DNA of 64,000 nt, taken from contig CAYNQF010000003.1 of the NCBI GenBank assembly GCA_964399265.1, positions 3,104 through 67,103 of the forward strand. Reading direction: 5' to 3'. Within the stretch, counting starts at the first letter, position 1. Every line of letters begins with the position of its first letter. Below the pieces are notes generated by a model that had not been told where the DNA came from, searched no databases, and saw only the letters and a list, made by a program, of their open reading frames with translations. Source of the DNA: an uncultured bacterium. GTDB taxonomy: Bacteria; Joyebacterota; Joyebacteria; Joyebacterales; Joyebacteraceae. Made by a program: the position numbers and the translations under genes. Shown one piece after another: positions 46,506-58,189 of this stretch.

Positions 46506-48569
46506 TCAGTTCTCCCCGTGCGTGTCCATCTCCGGGTCTCTGCGCCGCTCGCTCAGAAGCACCAGGTTCCGTAGCTCCTCGGGCGTTCTCGCGCCCATCC
46601 AGCGCTCGTCGAAATCCGGGGCCTGCGTCAGCTGGGCGATGTGCATTAGCGCCCTCAGGTGGTAGCTGCGCTCGTCCGTGGATCCAATGAGGACGAAGAC
46701 GGCATGGACCGGCGGCAGGTCCGCGGAGAACGTGATGCCGCCGCACGAGCGCGCGAGCAGGATGTCGAAGACGTGGTCGCCGTCCACGACGATGTGTGGT
46801 ATGGCGAGGCCCGGTCTGAGTGCGGTAGTCGACTGCTCCTCCCGCTTGATGAGGAGGTCGTATATCTGGCTCTCCGGCTTGACCATCTCGTGAGCGAGTA
46901 TCTTCGCGATCCTCCGGAAGAAGTCGTGAAGCGGCTCGCCGGGCTCCATGTCGAGGATGGTGCACCGCTTGACCAGACGATCGAAGCGGTCCTCCACTAT
47001 CTCGTCTCGAACCTTGATTATCTCGCGAAGTTCCATGTCGAGCGACGACGTCACGAGCTCCCGCGACGTCACGCGACGTACGAGCTGGATGAGTGCGGAG
47101 TCCTTGCGTTCGCTCCGCTTCGCGTACAGGACGTACCAGACCAGGCTTCCGCCGAAGAAGAATGCGGTGACGAGGAGCGGCACCGCGCCCATCCCGAGTA
47201 CCAGAAACCCGTACAGCGCGATGGCGGCGATCTGCACCCACGGGTAGAGAGGCGAGACGAACGAGGGGCGGTAGTGCTGTAACTTGCTCTCTCTCATGAT
47301 GATGACCGCGACGTTCACAAGCAGAAAGAGGATGATCATCATCGTCGAGGCGACCTTGACGAGCGTCACCAGATCGAGAAACGCGATGGCCGCGATCATG
47401 ATGCCGCCGGTCAGGAGTATGGCGTAGTGCGGCGTGTTTCGCTTCTCGTTGACCCGGCCCAGGAACGCAGGGAGAATGTTGTCCCGGCTCATGGCCATGG
47501 GCGTGCGCGACGCTGAGAGTATGCCCGCGTTACCGGTCGTCGTGAACGCGATGAGCGCCGCCACGGCCATGATGATGAGCCCCGGGGTCCCCAAGAAGCC
47601 CGCGGCGGCCGTAGAGATCGGCGTGGTCGATCCGGAGAGCCGCGCCCCGTCCACGACTCCAACGGCGACGAATATCGTCGCGACGTAGAGGGCGGTCACT
47701 ATGAAGAACGCGAGCAGCATTCCGAGAGGGATGTTCCTGGTCGGGTCCTTCACCTCTTCGGCCACACCCGCCACCTTCGTAAGACCGCCGTAGGAGACGA
47801 AGACGAGTCCGGCGGTCGCGAAGATGGCCGGCCATCCGCCGGGCGCGAACGGCACGTAGCGGTGGACGTCGATCGCGGGCGCACCGCGAACGATGTAGAA
47901 GATGAGCGTGGCGAGGAGGCCGACGACGAGCACCGACTGGAGACGCCCGGCGTGCTTCGCTCCGGCGAGATTGACGATCATGAAGAGGATGGTCAGCGCG
48001 ACCGCGATCAGTTTGATCGCGGCGGGGGAGATGTCGGGCCACACGAGAACGGCGAAGGAGCCCATGCCCAGGAGGGCGAACGCCGATTTGAACGTCAGCG
48101 AGAACCAGGACGCCATTCCGCCAATCGTGCCCAGCGCACCGCCAAGGCTCCGCTCGATGTAGAAGTAGGTACCGCCGGCCTTGGGCATCGCCGTCGACAG
48201 CTCGGCCTTGCTGAAGAGAGCCGGCAGGACGAAGACGCCGGCGAGGGCGTAGGCGACGATCACCGACGGGCCGGCCAGCGCGTAGGCCACCCCTGGCAAC
48301 ACGAACAGGCCGGAGCTGATCATCGCTCCAGACGCGATCGTGAAGACGTCGAGCAGGCCCAGTTCCTTGCGGAGCTGCAGACTCGCCCCCTGGTCGCGGT
48401 TGCCGCCCGAATCGCGGCCGCTCCCCGAATCTCCGCGAGGCGCGGCGGTGCGCCGCGGCCCGCGTCCGAGGCTACCTCTTGAGCGGCCCTGCTGAGCGTG
48501 TCGTCGATGCTGTCGACCATGACGCACGACGCGCAGGATGATGCTATCACACCCTGGACAGGCCCACAA
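46506..48569 (-). CDS. APC-family amino-acid permease fused to a C-terminal PTS EIIA(Ntr/Fru)-type regulatory domain
   Basis: 12-TM APC core (LGLLDVFTIASGAMISSGLFVLPG...). C-terminal ~150 aa PTS_EIIA_2-like (RPGLAIPHIVVDGDHVFDILLARSCGGITF). The N-terminal ~60 aa RG-rich extension is uncertain, so the true start may be internal. Confidence 0.75.
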   Translation of the reverse strand: MWACPGCDSIILRVVRHGRQHRRHAQQGRSRGSLGRGPRRTAAPRGDSGSGRDSGGNRDQGASLQLRKELGLLDVFTIASGAMISSGLFVLPGVAYALAGPSVIVAYALAGVFVLPALFSKAELSTAMPKAGGTYFYIERSLGGALGTIGGMASWFSLTFKSAFALLGMGSFAVLVWPDISPAAIKLIAVALTILFMIVNLAGAKHAGRLQSVLVVGLLATLIFYIVRGAPAIDVHRYVPFAPGGWPAIFATAGLVFVSYGGLTKVAGVAEEVKDPTRNIPLGMLLAFFIVTALYVATIFVAVGVVDGARLSGSTTPISTAAAGFLGTPGLIIMAVAALIAFTTTGNAGILSASRTPMAMSRDNILPAFLGRVNEKRNTPHYAILLTGGIMIAAIAFLDLVTLVKVASTMMIILFLLVNVAVIIMRESKLQHYRPSFVSPLYPWVQIAAIALYGFLVLGMGAVPLLVTAFFFGGSLVWYVLYAKRSERKDSALIQLVRRVTSRELVTSSLDMELREIIKVRDEIVEDRFDRLVKRCTILDMEPGEPLHDFFRRIAKILAHEMVKPESQIYDLLIKREEQSTTALRPGLAIPHIVVDGDHVFDILLARSCGGITFSADLPPVHAVFVLIGSTDERSYHLRALMHIAQLTQAPDFDERWMGARTPEELRNLVLLSERRRDPEMDTHGEN

Positions 48570-48664
48570 GACAGGCCCCCCGCGCGCCCCGTCGACCGAA
48601 GGTGTTCATCGCGGGCCCGCCATCTTCCCGGGTAGCGTGCTCTCTTGTCGTGGATGCTCTCCGT

Positions 48665-49150
48665 CTAGCGCGCGCTCCAGTCGACGGGGCCTGCGCGAAA
48701 CCTCTCCGCCAGCCGGGGGAGCACGACCTCGTTCCACGCGTGGTCGAAGTACTCGAGTGCCCTGTCCCACTCGCCGCCGTCGCCCCAGCCGTCGTGGGTG
48801 AGGCGAACCCTAGTGCGACCGTCCTCGATCGGGCTCAACCTCACCACTACGTGGGTGCGTTGGCCTCTGACGGTCGGGAGCGATGGTGGGGCGTTCCAGG
48901 TGAAGGAGAGCATCGTGGGTCTCTGGAAGGCCAGGATCCGCATGTCGTCGGCGCCGCGCATGCCGGGCTCGGCGTCCGGCAGGAAGAAGATCTCGTATGG
49001 GCCGTCTGGGCGCAGCTCCAGGTTGCAGGCCGGGGCAAAGAAGGACGTGATGCCTTCCTCGGTCGTCCATGCCTCCCAGACTTCCTCCACAGAGGCGTCT
49101 ACGACGATCTCGCACACTACCGCCGTCCTCTCAGGGCTCATCGCGGGCAT
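48665..49150 (-). CDS. SRPBCC superfamily protein (AHSA1/polyketide-cyclase-like)
   Basis: VDASVEEVWEAWTTEEGITSFF START-like fold signature, and size. Confidence 0.65.
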   Translation of the reverse strand: MPAMSPERTAVVCEIVVDASVEEVWEAWTTEEGITSFFAPACNLELRPDGPYEIFFLPDAEPGMRGADDMRILAFQRPTMLSFTWNAPPSLPTVRGQRTHVVVRLSPIEDGRTRVRLTHDGWGDGGEWDRALEYFDHAWNEVVLPRLAERFRAGPVDWSAR

Positions 49151-49237
49151 CTCCTAGCTTCTTGGCACACGTTCCGTTCGGGGATATGATACGAGACCGG
49201 TAGCGCTCACGAAACCCCGCATCGGGAGGAACGTCAC

Positions 49238-49945
49238 ATGCACGGGTACTACTATCTGATCCCAACTGTGATTGCCGTCCTGATCTCACTGCTCGTAGTC
49301 AGGGGCGCGGCCATAGCGCTCATGATGACGGGGATGGACCGCGACCGGGCGCGGTTCCAGGCGCTGTCGGCGTTCTCCGGGACCGGGTTCACCACGAGAG
49401 AGGCTGAGTCGGTGGTGAACAACCCCCGTCGGAGGAGGATCGTGAGCTGGCTCATGATCACAGGAAACGCCGGGGTTGTGGCTGTCATAGTGACGGCGAC
49501 GTCGTCGCTCGTCAGCAGCAAGGGCGTCGACATCCCAATCAGCGCCGTGGCGCTGGTCGCAGCCGCGTTTGTCATCTACAGGATCGCCATGCACCAGGGC
49601 GTCCTCAAACGCTGGGACATCTTCATCGAGGACAGGATCGTGAAGTCGAGGGTCCTGGAGGAGATCTCCACCGAGGACCTGCTGCACTTTGGAGAAGGCT
49701 ATGGCTTGGTGCGCGAGATCATCACGGACAGGTCGCTCCTGGCCGGCAGGTCGCTCATCGACGCGCGGCTCAGTTCTAAGGGCCTGCTGGTGCTCGGCAT
49801 CGAGCGCGGTCCGAGGTGGCTTCCAATCCCGGCTGCGTCGACCGTCATAGAGCAGGGCGACCGGCTCGTGGTCTATGGTCCGATGGCCGTGCTCAAGGCC
49901 CTGCTCAAGGACGCGCAGCCCATCGCCGAGCAGGCTCAGGGATGA
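49238..49945 (+). CDS. Membrane protein with a C-terminal TrkA-C (RCK_C) domain
   Basis: Three N-terminal TM helices, and an RCK_C-like C-terminus (GRSLIDARLSSKGLLVLGIERGPRWLPIPAASTVIEQGDRLVVYGP). Confidence 0.65.
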   Translation: MHGYYYLIPTVIAVLISLLVVRGAAIALMMTGMDRDRARFQALSAFSGTGFTTREAESVVNNPRRRRIVSWLMITGNAGVVAVIVTATSSLVSSKGVDIPISAVALVAAAFVIYRIAMHQGVLKRWDIFIEDRIVKSRVLEEISTEDLLHFGEGYGLVREIITDRSLLAGRSLIDARLSSKGLLVLGIERGPRWLPIPAASTVIEQGDRLVVYGPMAVLKALLKDAQPIAEQAQG

Positions 49946-50029
49946 CGGCTCGCTCCATGCGTCGGATGCCCGGATAGCACTTGCCGCGCCGTCCAGGCCG
50001 ATGATCGCGGGCCGCCGAACGGCCCTCCG

Positions 50030-52225
<2,196 letters not shown>

Positions 52226-52247
52226 CTGCGTGCTCCTCTTTCGCGGG

Positions 52248-54386
52248 CTATCCGAGTCCCCAGAGCATTCCTATTCTATAGACACCGAAGCTGACGAGCC
52301 AGGCTAATGCCGTCTGGTAGCCGATCGAGAACCACATCCAGCGAGCGCCGGCCTCGCGCTTGATGGCGATGACGGCGACGATGCATGGCGTATACAACAG
52401 GACGAACACCATGAACGCAAAGGCCGAGAGCGGCGTGATACCGCTCGAGGGACTTGAGAGAGCTGACTGCAGCGACTTGCGATCCTGACCTTCCCCGACG
52501 TGGTAGAGGACGCCCATCGTCGAGACGATGACCTCCTTCGCGACGAAGCCGGTCATGAGGCTCACGCCCATCTCCCACGTGAATCCCATCGGCGCGACGA
52601 CCGGGCTGATGAATTTTCCCGCCTGGCCTATGTACGAGGTCTCTATCTGTTGAGCCGCGTGGTCGTGCCGGAGTTGCGCGGCCTGCGCTGCCGCCGCGGG
52701 CGTCCCGGCGGCCTGGAGTGACGCCAGCTCCTGTTCGTACTCTGCCGTCCCGGGAGCCTCGGGGAATGCGCCCAGGAACCAGAGGATGACGGAAGCAACG
52801 AGTATCACGCCGCCCATCTTCTGCAGGTATATCTTGGATCGCTCCCACATGTGGACCGTGAGCCCCTTGACGGTCGGGAACCTGTAGGGAGGAAGCTCCA
52901 TGACGAACGGCGCGGGCGCGCTCCGGAAGAGCGTCGCCGCGAAGAGCCGCCCCATCAGCATGGCCATGACGATGCCCAGGAGGTAGATCGCGAAGACCGC
53001 CGTGCCCGCCTTTCCCGCGAAGAACGTGCCCGCTATCAGGAGGTAGATGGGGAGCCGGGCGCTGCACGACATGAGCGGCACGAGCAGTGTAGTGAGGAGG
53101 CGGTCGCGGTTGGACTCGAGCGTCCTCGTCGCCATGATGGCCGGCACGCTGCACCCGAACCCCATCAGGAGAGGAATGAACGATTTTCCGTGCAGGCCCA
53201 GGCTGTGCATCAGCCTGTCCATCAGGAACGCGGCGCGTGCCATGTAGCCGGAGTCCTCGAGGAACGCCACACCGAGGAAGAGGATGAGGATGTTGGGCAT
53301 GAACACGATGACGGAGCCCACGCCGCCCACAACGCCGTCCACGAGCAGCGAGGACAGCAGAGACTGGGGCAGCACGGCGCCCAGCGTCGCCGACAGCCAG
53401 CCCACGAACCGGGAGATCCACATCTCGGGGTAGTCGCCGATGCGGAACGTCACCTGGAAGAGGATCCACATGAGGAGAAGGAAGACCGGGTAGCCGAGAA
53501 ACCTGTTCGTGAGGACCTCGTCGATCCTTCTCGAGTTCTCCATGCGGTCGACCGTCTGCTCCGTCAGCGCCTCCCGTAGCGCGCCCTCTATGTAGCCGTA
53601 CCGTCCTTCCGAGATGACCTTCTCCGCGTCGGAGCCCGTGGCGTTCTCGATGTGCCGGGTAAGCCGTTCGACCGCCTCTCGCACGGCCGCCGCCTGCGGA
53701 GTGTCGCACGCGGCGAGCTTCATCGCCTCCGGGTCCCGTTCGAGCAGCTTGATCGCGGTCCACCTTACCGGAGCGGCGCTTCTTATCTCGTCGCACTTCT
53801 CAATGAGCCCGATCAGTTCAGTGAGTACGTCATCGACGTGCGGGCCGTAGGAGACGGGGACGTGCCTGTGATGCTCCTCGCGGTCCTCGGCGAGGTCGAT
53901 CGCAGCGTCGAGCAGCGAGTGGATGCCTTCCTCACGGCTAGCGATCGTCGTTACGACCGGCGCACCCATCATCTGATGGAGCTTTTCGAGGTCGAGCGTG
54001 GCGCCGGAGCCCTCGAACTCGTCCCACATGTTCAGGTCGAGCACGAGGTCGACGCCCAGCTCCATGAGCTGGACGGTCAGGTAGAGGTTCCTGGCGAGGT
54101 TGCCGGTGTCGATGACGTGTATGACTATGTCGGGCGATTCTTCGACGATGAACGACCTGGCGGCGCGTTCTTCCACGGAGTAGGCCGTCAGGCTGTACGT
54201 GCCGGGGAGGTCGACGACCTCGATCTCGTACCCTCGGTAGGAGAGGGACCCGATCTTCTTCTCTACGGTGACGCCCGGCCAGTTGCCTACCTTCTGCCTG
54301 GCTCCCGTCATCGCGTTGAAGACGGAGGTCTTGCCTGAGTTGGGGTTGCCCGCGAGGGCTATCCTCAGGCGCCTTTCTTCCACCAT
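52248..54386 (-). CDS. feoB: Ferrous iron transporter FeoB
   Basis: N-terminal G-domain (IALAGNPNSGKTSVFN), then a polytopic membrane domain with Gate motifs. Start at ATG 54386. Confidence 0.9.
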   Translation of the reverse strand: MVEERRLRIALAGNPNSGKTSVFNAMTGARQKVGNWPGVTVEKKIGSLSYRGYEIEVVDLPGTYSLTAYSVEERAARSFIVEESPDIVIHVIDTGNLARNLYLTVQLMELGVDLVLDLNMWDEFEGSGATLDLEKLHQMMGAPVVTTIASREEGIHSLLDAAIDLAEDREEHHRHVPVSYGPHVDDVLTELIGLIEKCDEIRSAAPVRWTAIKLLERDPEAMKLAACDTPQAAAVREAVERLTRHIENATGSDAEKVISEGRYGYIEGALREALTEQTVDRMENSRRIDEVLTNRFLGYPVFLLLMWILFQVTFRIGDYPEMWISRFVGWLSATLGAVLPQSLLSSLLVDGVVGGVGSVIVFMPNILILFLGVAFLEDSGYMARAAFLMDRLMHSLGLHGKSFIPLLMGFGCSVPAIMATRTLESNRDRLLTTLLVPLMSCSARLPIYLLIAGTFFAGKAGTAVFAIYLLGIVMAMLMGRLFAATLFRSAPAPFVMELPPYRFPTVKGLTVHMWERSKIYLQKMGGVILVASVILWFLGAFPEAPGTAEYEQELASLQAAGTPAAAAQAAQLRHDHAAQQIETSYIGQAGKFISPVVAPMGFTWEMGVSLMTGFVAKEVIVSTMGVLYHVGEGQDRKSLQSALSSPSSGITPLSAFAFMVFVLLYTPCIVAVIAIKREAGARWMWFSIGYQTALAWLVSFGVYRIGMLWGLG

Positions 54387-54724
54387 CCGCGCCCCTTGCC
54401 CCTGCGCAACCCGAACCTGCGACCGTGCGGGCGAAGCTCGTGGTCGCGCGGGCGACACCTCCCGCCGTGTCTCGGCCTGCATGTCTCCCCGGGTTCGACG
54501 ACCACGTGCATCGCCTCCTTGCGGCGCAGCGTGACGTGTGTCCCGCCGACGCAGTACTCGATGGGGTTCATGAGAGGCGCCAGCTTGATGACCCGCACCG
54601 GGGCGCCCTTGATGAATCCCATGTCGAGGAGCCTGCGTCTGAACGCGCCCTCGCCGAGGACGTCCACGACGGTGCCGTCGTCGCCGGGCTGAAGAACCGC
54701 CAGCGGTAGAGTCGAGTGCGTCAT
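54365..54724 (-). CDS. feoA: FeoA family protein with an R/G-rich C-terminal extension
   Basis: SH3-like FeoA core (LAVLQPGDDGTVVDV...RRRLLDMGFIKGAPVRVIK). Overlaps the feoB start by 22 nt. Confidence 0.7.
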   Translation of the reverse strand: MTHSTLPLAVLQPGDDGTVVDVLGEGAFRRRLLDMGFIKGAPVRVIKLAPLMNPIEYCVGGTHVTLRRKEAMHVVVEPGETCRPRHGGRCRPRDHELRPHGRRFGLRRGKGRGWWKKGA

Positions 54725-54891
54725 CGTAGTTCGTCCTCGCCGTGCTCAGTCGCTCGGGAGCCGTCGCAGTCGCCCGCCATCGGGCAGCCCGCGCACGGAC
54801 CCGTCGAGGCGCGCCTGAACGAACGCCTCAGCATGATGCCGGCCGCGGCCACGGCCGCTATGAGAATCGCTGCAAGGATGATGCGTTCCAT
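54721..54891 (-). CDS. FeoB-associated Cys-rich small membrane protein (56 aa). It lies in what the supplied ORF table shows as a gap.
   Basis: Translated by hand: MERIILAAILIAAVAAAGIMLRRSFRRASTGPCAGCPMAGDCDGSRATEHGEDELR. One TM helix plus a C-x2-C...C cluster. Its stop overlaps the feoA ATG (ATGA). Confidence 0.55.
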   Translation of the reverse strand: MERIILAAILIAAVAAAGIMLRRSFRRASTGPCAGCPMAGDCDGSRATEHGEDELR

Positions 54892-54929
54892 GTTCGTTCC
54901 GTCTCGCCGTGCTCGTCGTATCGAGCTGC

Positions 54930-55304
54930 TCAGTCGACAGCGCTCTCGTCCATGAACCGGACGAGCCTGGTCTTCGTTTCCTCAGAGAGCCCGTGTTCCA
55001 GCTTACATGCCTCGCCGTCGGCGGTCTCTGCGTCGACCCCGAGAATCTCGTGAATGAAGCGGAAGAGAGCGCGGTGGATCGCGTAGACGTTCTGGGCCTT
55101 CGCGCGCCCCTTGTCGGTGAGGACTATCTTCCCGTAGCGCTCCTGGCGAACGTACCCGCCCTTCTTGAGCGAGACGACCGCGGCGCGCGCGGTGGGGATG
55201 GTTACCTCGCGCTCAGCGGCTACCTGCGACACGCCCACCGTGTCGTTCTCGAGCGACAGCAGGTAGATCGTCTCCAGATAGTCAGCCGCCCTCGGCGTAA
55301 GCAT
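54930..55304 (-). CDS. DtxR/MntR-family metal-dependent transcriptional repressor
   Basis: HTH (TIYLLSLENDTVGVSQVAAEREVT) and metal-binding ACKLEH motif. GTGAGGT RBS. Start at ATG 55304. Confidence 0.85.
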   Translation of the reverse strand: MLTPRAADYLETIYLLSLENDTVGVSQVAAEREVTIPTARAAVVSLKKGGYVRQERYGKIVLTDKGRAKAQNVYAIHRALFRFIHEILGVDAETADGEACKLEHGLSEETKTRLVRFMDESAVD

Positions 55305-55319
55305 GATTGACCTCACATT

Positions 55320-55362
55320 GTAAGACTATTCTTACTTTAGCAAGAACGGGGCCCCCTGTCAA
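55320..55362 (-). promoter_or_regulatory. Promoter with overlapping palindromic operator for the dtxR-feo operon
   Basis: On the minus strand: a perfect -35 TTGACA (55357-55362), a 17-nt spacer, and -10 TAAAGT (55334-55339). A perfect inverted repeat GTAAGA-ctat-TCTTAC (55320-55335) overlaps the -10 and the transcription start. Confidence 0.55.
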
Positions 55363-55375
55363 GGTGAACAGGGAC

Positions 55376-56764
55376 TCAGCGGTAGAGGGCCTTGATCGCG
55401 CCCCAGGAGGTGGGCCGGACGGAGGGCTGGGAGCACTCTTCTCCGCGGGCGCCGATCAGGACGCCCCAGGCGTTGTTGCCGGGGAGGCAGGGAGAGGTGG
55501 AGGCGAGCGACAGGTCGCCCGCGCCGGGGTCGCAGAAGAGCGGGTCCAGGCAGATGAGGTCTCCGCCGTCGCAGGCGGCACCGCAGATGTCGTCCCCGCT
55601 CGCGTTCCCGAAGGAGCAGCAGTCGATCACGTCGAGACTGCTCGTGGCGTCGCAGTAGAACGAAAGTCCCCTCGTCGTCTCCGCCGTCGTGGCGCTATCG
55701 CGGCCGTGGTCCGGCTGACGATCTGCCTCTCCGCGCAGCGCGTAACCCGACGACGCGAAGAGAGAGCGAATGAGCGTCGCGTGTGAGTCGCTCACCGCAT
55801 AGAGTGCCTCGCCGTCGGCGGCTCCCTGGGCCCGGTTGGCGTAGCAAGTGACGTTAGTAAGTGTGGGTGATGCCTTCTGACAGTGAAGAGCGCCACCGCC
55901 ATCGGCTGACCCTGCGATGTTCCCGATGAACGTTACGTTCACGAGCGTCGGCGACGAGTCGTAGCACGCGAGTCCGCCGCCCTTGTTGGCGAGGTTGTCC
56001 TCGAAGGTGGAGCGGACGACGCTCACGTCCGAATCGAACTTGCAAAAGAGCCCGCCGCCCGCGCCCTTGAACGTGTTCGTGTTGTTCGCGAACGTGCAGT
56101 CGGAGAACTTCGCGCTCGAGCCCCACGTGCAGTAGACGCCTCCACCTCCGGTGTACGCGTAGTTGGACTCGAAACGCACGTTCCTGAAGACGGGGACGCA
56201 GTCCTTGTTGATGTAGACTCCACCGCCTGGACCGCCGTAGCTTTGGTTGTCGGTCACGATGCAGTTTGTGAACTTCGGACTGGTCGGCGTCTGCGGCGTG
56301 GGCGAACCGTCGATGAAGATACCCGCGCCCTCGTAGTAGGGTAGAGACTGACGCCCACCGGCGATGGTGAACCCATCTATGACGCAGGTCGTGTCCTGGC
56401 CGCCGTTCACGAAGATGAAGATGCGGTAACTGCCTATGCCCTGGTTGTCTATGAGCGTTTCCTCCGCGCCGTCGCGGCTCCTCAGGACCAGGTTCTTCGT
56501 CCCGAACTCGATGTCGCGGTTACCCTCGCCGGTGTACGTGCCGGGGTAGACGAGTACGGTGTCGCCCTCGGATGCCGCGTCGACGCCGGCCTGTATCGTC
56601 CGGTGGTCGCCCGAATCTCCGACGTCGACGACTATAGTAGACGCGGCCGCGTCGCCGGATGTCACGAGCGGCGTTCCCAGCACGGCCGCGGCGGCCCAGA
56701 GAAGGGCCGCCGCCGTCGCGTGCGAGTGTCGAGCCGTGTGCCTCCGTGTGGCGCCGTCTACCAA
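55376..56764 (-). CDS. Secreted right-handed parallel beta-helix repeat protein ending in the SWGAIKALYR motif
   Basis: PbH1-like repeats (NCIVTDNQSYGGPGGGVYI..., CTFANNTNTFKGAGGGLFC...). Start proposed at TTG 56764 with AGGAGA RBS and an RR-containing signal (MVDGATRRHTARHSHATAAALLWAAAAVLG). The longer ORF-track N-terminus overlaps the upstream gene and has no RBS. Confidence 0.65.
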   Translation of the reverse strand: MVDGATRRHTARHSHATAAALLWAAAAVLGTPLVTSGDAAASTIVVDVGDSGDHRTIQAGVDAASEGDTVLVYPGTYTGEGNRDIEFGTKNLVLRSRDGAEETLIDNQGIGSYRIFIFVNGGQDTTCVIDGFTIAGGRQSLPYYEGAGIFIDGSPTPQTPTSPKFTNCIVTDNQSYGGPGGGVYINKDCVPVFRNVRFESNYAYTGGGGVYCTWGSSAKFSDCTFANNTNTFKGAGGGLFCKFDSDVSVVRSTFEDNLANKGGGLACYDSSPTLVNVTFIGNIAGSADGGGALHCQKASPTLTNVTCYANRAQGAADGEALYAVSDSHATLIRSLFASSGYALRGEADRQPDHGRDSATTAETTRGLSFYCDATSSLDVIDCCSFGNASGDDICGAACDGGDLICLDPLFCDPGAGDLSLASTSPCLPGNNAWGVLIGARGEECSQPSVRPTSWGAIKALYR

Positions 56765-58146
56765 CCCCGCGCCTCCTTGAGAAGCCTGTCGGTCTCGGCG
56801 ACCTTGGCCTGCTCGGCGAGCCAGAATTCGGGGTCGCGCTGCGCGTCGAGCTGTTCGACCGTCTTCCCCTGCTGCTCGACCCACGTGTAGTACTTCAGAT
56901 TGAACCAGCTCTGCTTGGCCAGGCGGGTACCCTCGCGTATCCAGTCGAGCTTGGCGCCGTGGAATATCGAGCCCACCCTGACGGCCGCCTCTATCTCGTC
57001 CATCGGCCCGTACGTCTCGGTGAGGTCGGCCATCACCGAGTGGTAGCGGTCCATCGTGTCGGTCGCCACCGTGAACACGGTCTGGTCGCTCCCCATCTGG
57101 TAGAACTTGGCCGTCTTGATCGCGGCGAGTACGTTGCAGACGCCCGAGATCCCCATGATCTCGCTCATCTCCCGGATGCTCTCCTCTGGGACGCCGTAGC
57201 GGTCGGACATGATCTTCCAGCCCGCCTCCTCAGTCAGGAGCTGGAGGCCCTTCTTCGATTCGATGTCGTCGATGCACATGATGGCGTCCATCTCGAACAC
57301 GTTGTGGATCCAGGTGACGTGCTTGTCGCCGATGCCCTGGATGTCGTGTCCGCCGTACCCGTTCCAGTAGAGCGTCGGGCACTCGATCGGCTCGACGCCG
57401 ATCGTGAGGGCGTCGTGGAACTCATGCTTGAGACGCTCGCCGGCCGCTATCGTTCCGGCCGAGCCCATCGCCGACACGAACGCCGCGACTCGGCCGTTGC
57501 CGATGCCCTTCTCGTGCAGCTCTCGGGCGACCTCGATGCAGGAGCTGCCGGTGCAGTAGTAGTGGAAGCGGTAGTTCCCGAACTCTTCGAACTGGTTCAT
57601 GATGCGGTTCTTGGGGTCCTTCCGCAGTTCGTTCGCCTTGTCGTAGATCTCCTTGACGTTGCTCTCGCAACCGGGCGTCTTGACGTACTGCGCGCCGAAC
57701 CACTCGATCTGCTCGAACCGCTCGCGGCTCATGAGCTCGGGCAGTATAACGATCGAGTCGTAGCCCATCCTCGGGCCTACGTATGCGCCACCTATTCCGT
57801 AGTTCCCGGTCGACGGCCACACGAGCGTGTGCTCGCCCGGCTCGATGTCGCCGTGGAGCTGATGCTCGATGCAGACGGAATACGTGGCACCGACCTTGTG
57901 GCTCCTCGTGGGGAAATCCTTGCTGTATAGGACCGCGATGTTGGCGTCGACGCCCGTCAGCTCCTTCGGCAGTACGACGTGGTATATGCGGCCCTCGGTG
58001 TTCCTCCATGTGATGTTGAAGAGGTTGTACTCCGAGAGCGGGTCGTTCTTCGCCGCTTCGAGCGCCTTTGCGCGAACGTCCTGGCGGATCTTGTCGGGAT
58101 GCAGCATCTCTTCGAAAGTGGGTCCGTAAACGTGCTTCCTGGTCAT
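56758..58146 (-). CDS. PLP-dependent fold-type II enzyme (TrpB/CysK superfamily), 462 aa
   Basis: PSTGNYGIGGAYVG (SxGNxG PLP-phosphate loop). Start at ATG 58146 with AGGAGA RBS. Confidence 0.75.
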   Translation of the reverse strand: MTRKHVYGPTFEEMLHPDKIRQDVRAKALEAAKNDPLSEYNLFNITWRNTEGRIYHVVLPKELTGVDANIAVLYSKDFPTRSHKVGATYSVCIEHQLHGDIEPGEHTLVWPSTGNYGIGGAYVGPRMGYDSIVILPELMSRERFEQIEWFGAQYVKTPGCESNVKEIYDKANELRKDPKNRIMNQFEEFGNYRFHYYCTGSSCIEVARELHEKGIGNGRVAAFVSAMGSAGTIAAGERLKHEFHDALTIGVEPIECPTLYWNGYGGHDIQGIGDKHVTWIHNVFEMDAIMCIDDIESKKGLQLLTEEAGWKIMSDRYGVPEESIREMSEIMGISGVCNVLAAIKTAKFYQMGSDQTVFTVATDTMDRYHSVMADLTETYGPMDEIEAAVRVGSIFHGAKLDWIREGTRLAKQSWFNLKYYTWVEQQGKTVEQLDAQRDPEFWLAEQAKVAETDRLLKEARGW

Positions 58147-58189
58147 TCTGTCTCCTGTTGTCACAGCCCGCCCGTTCGAGGTTGCGGGC

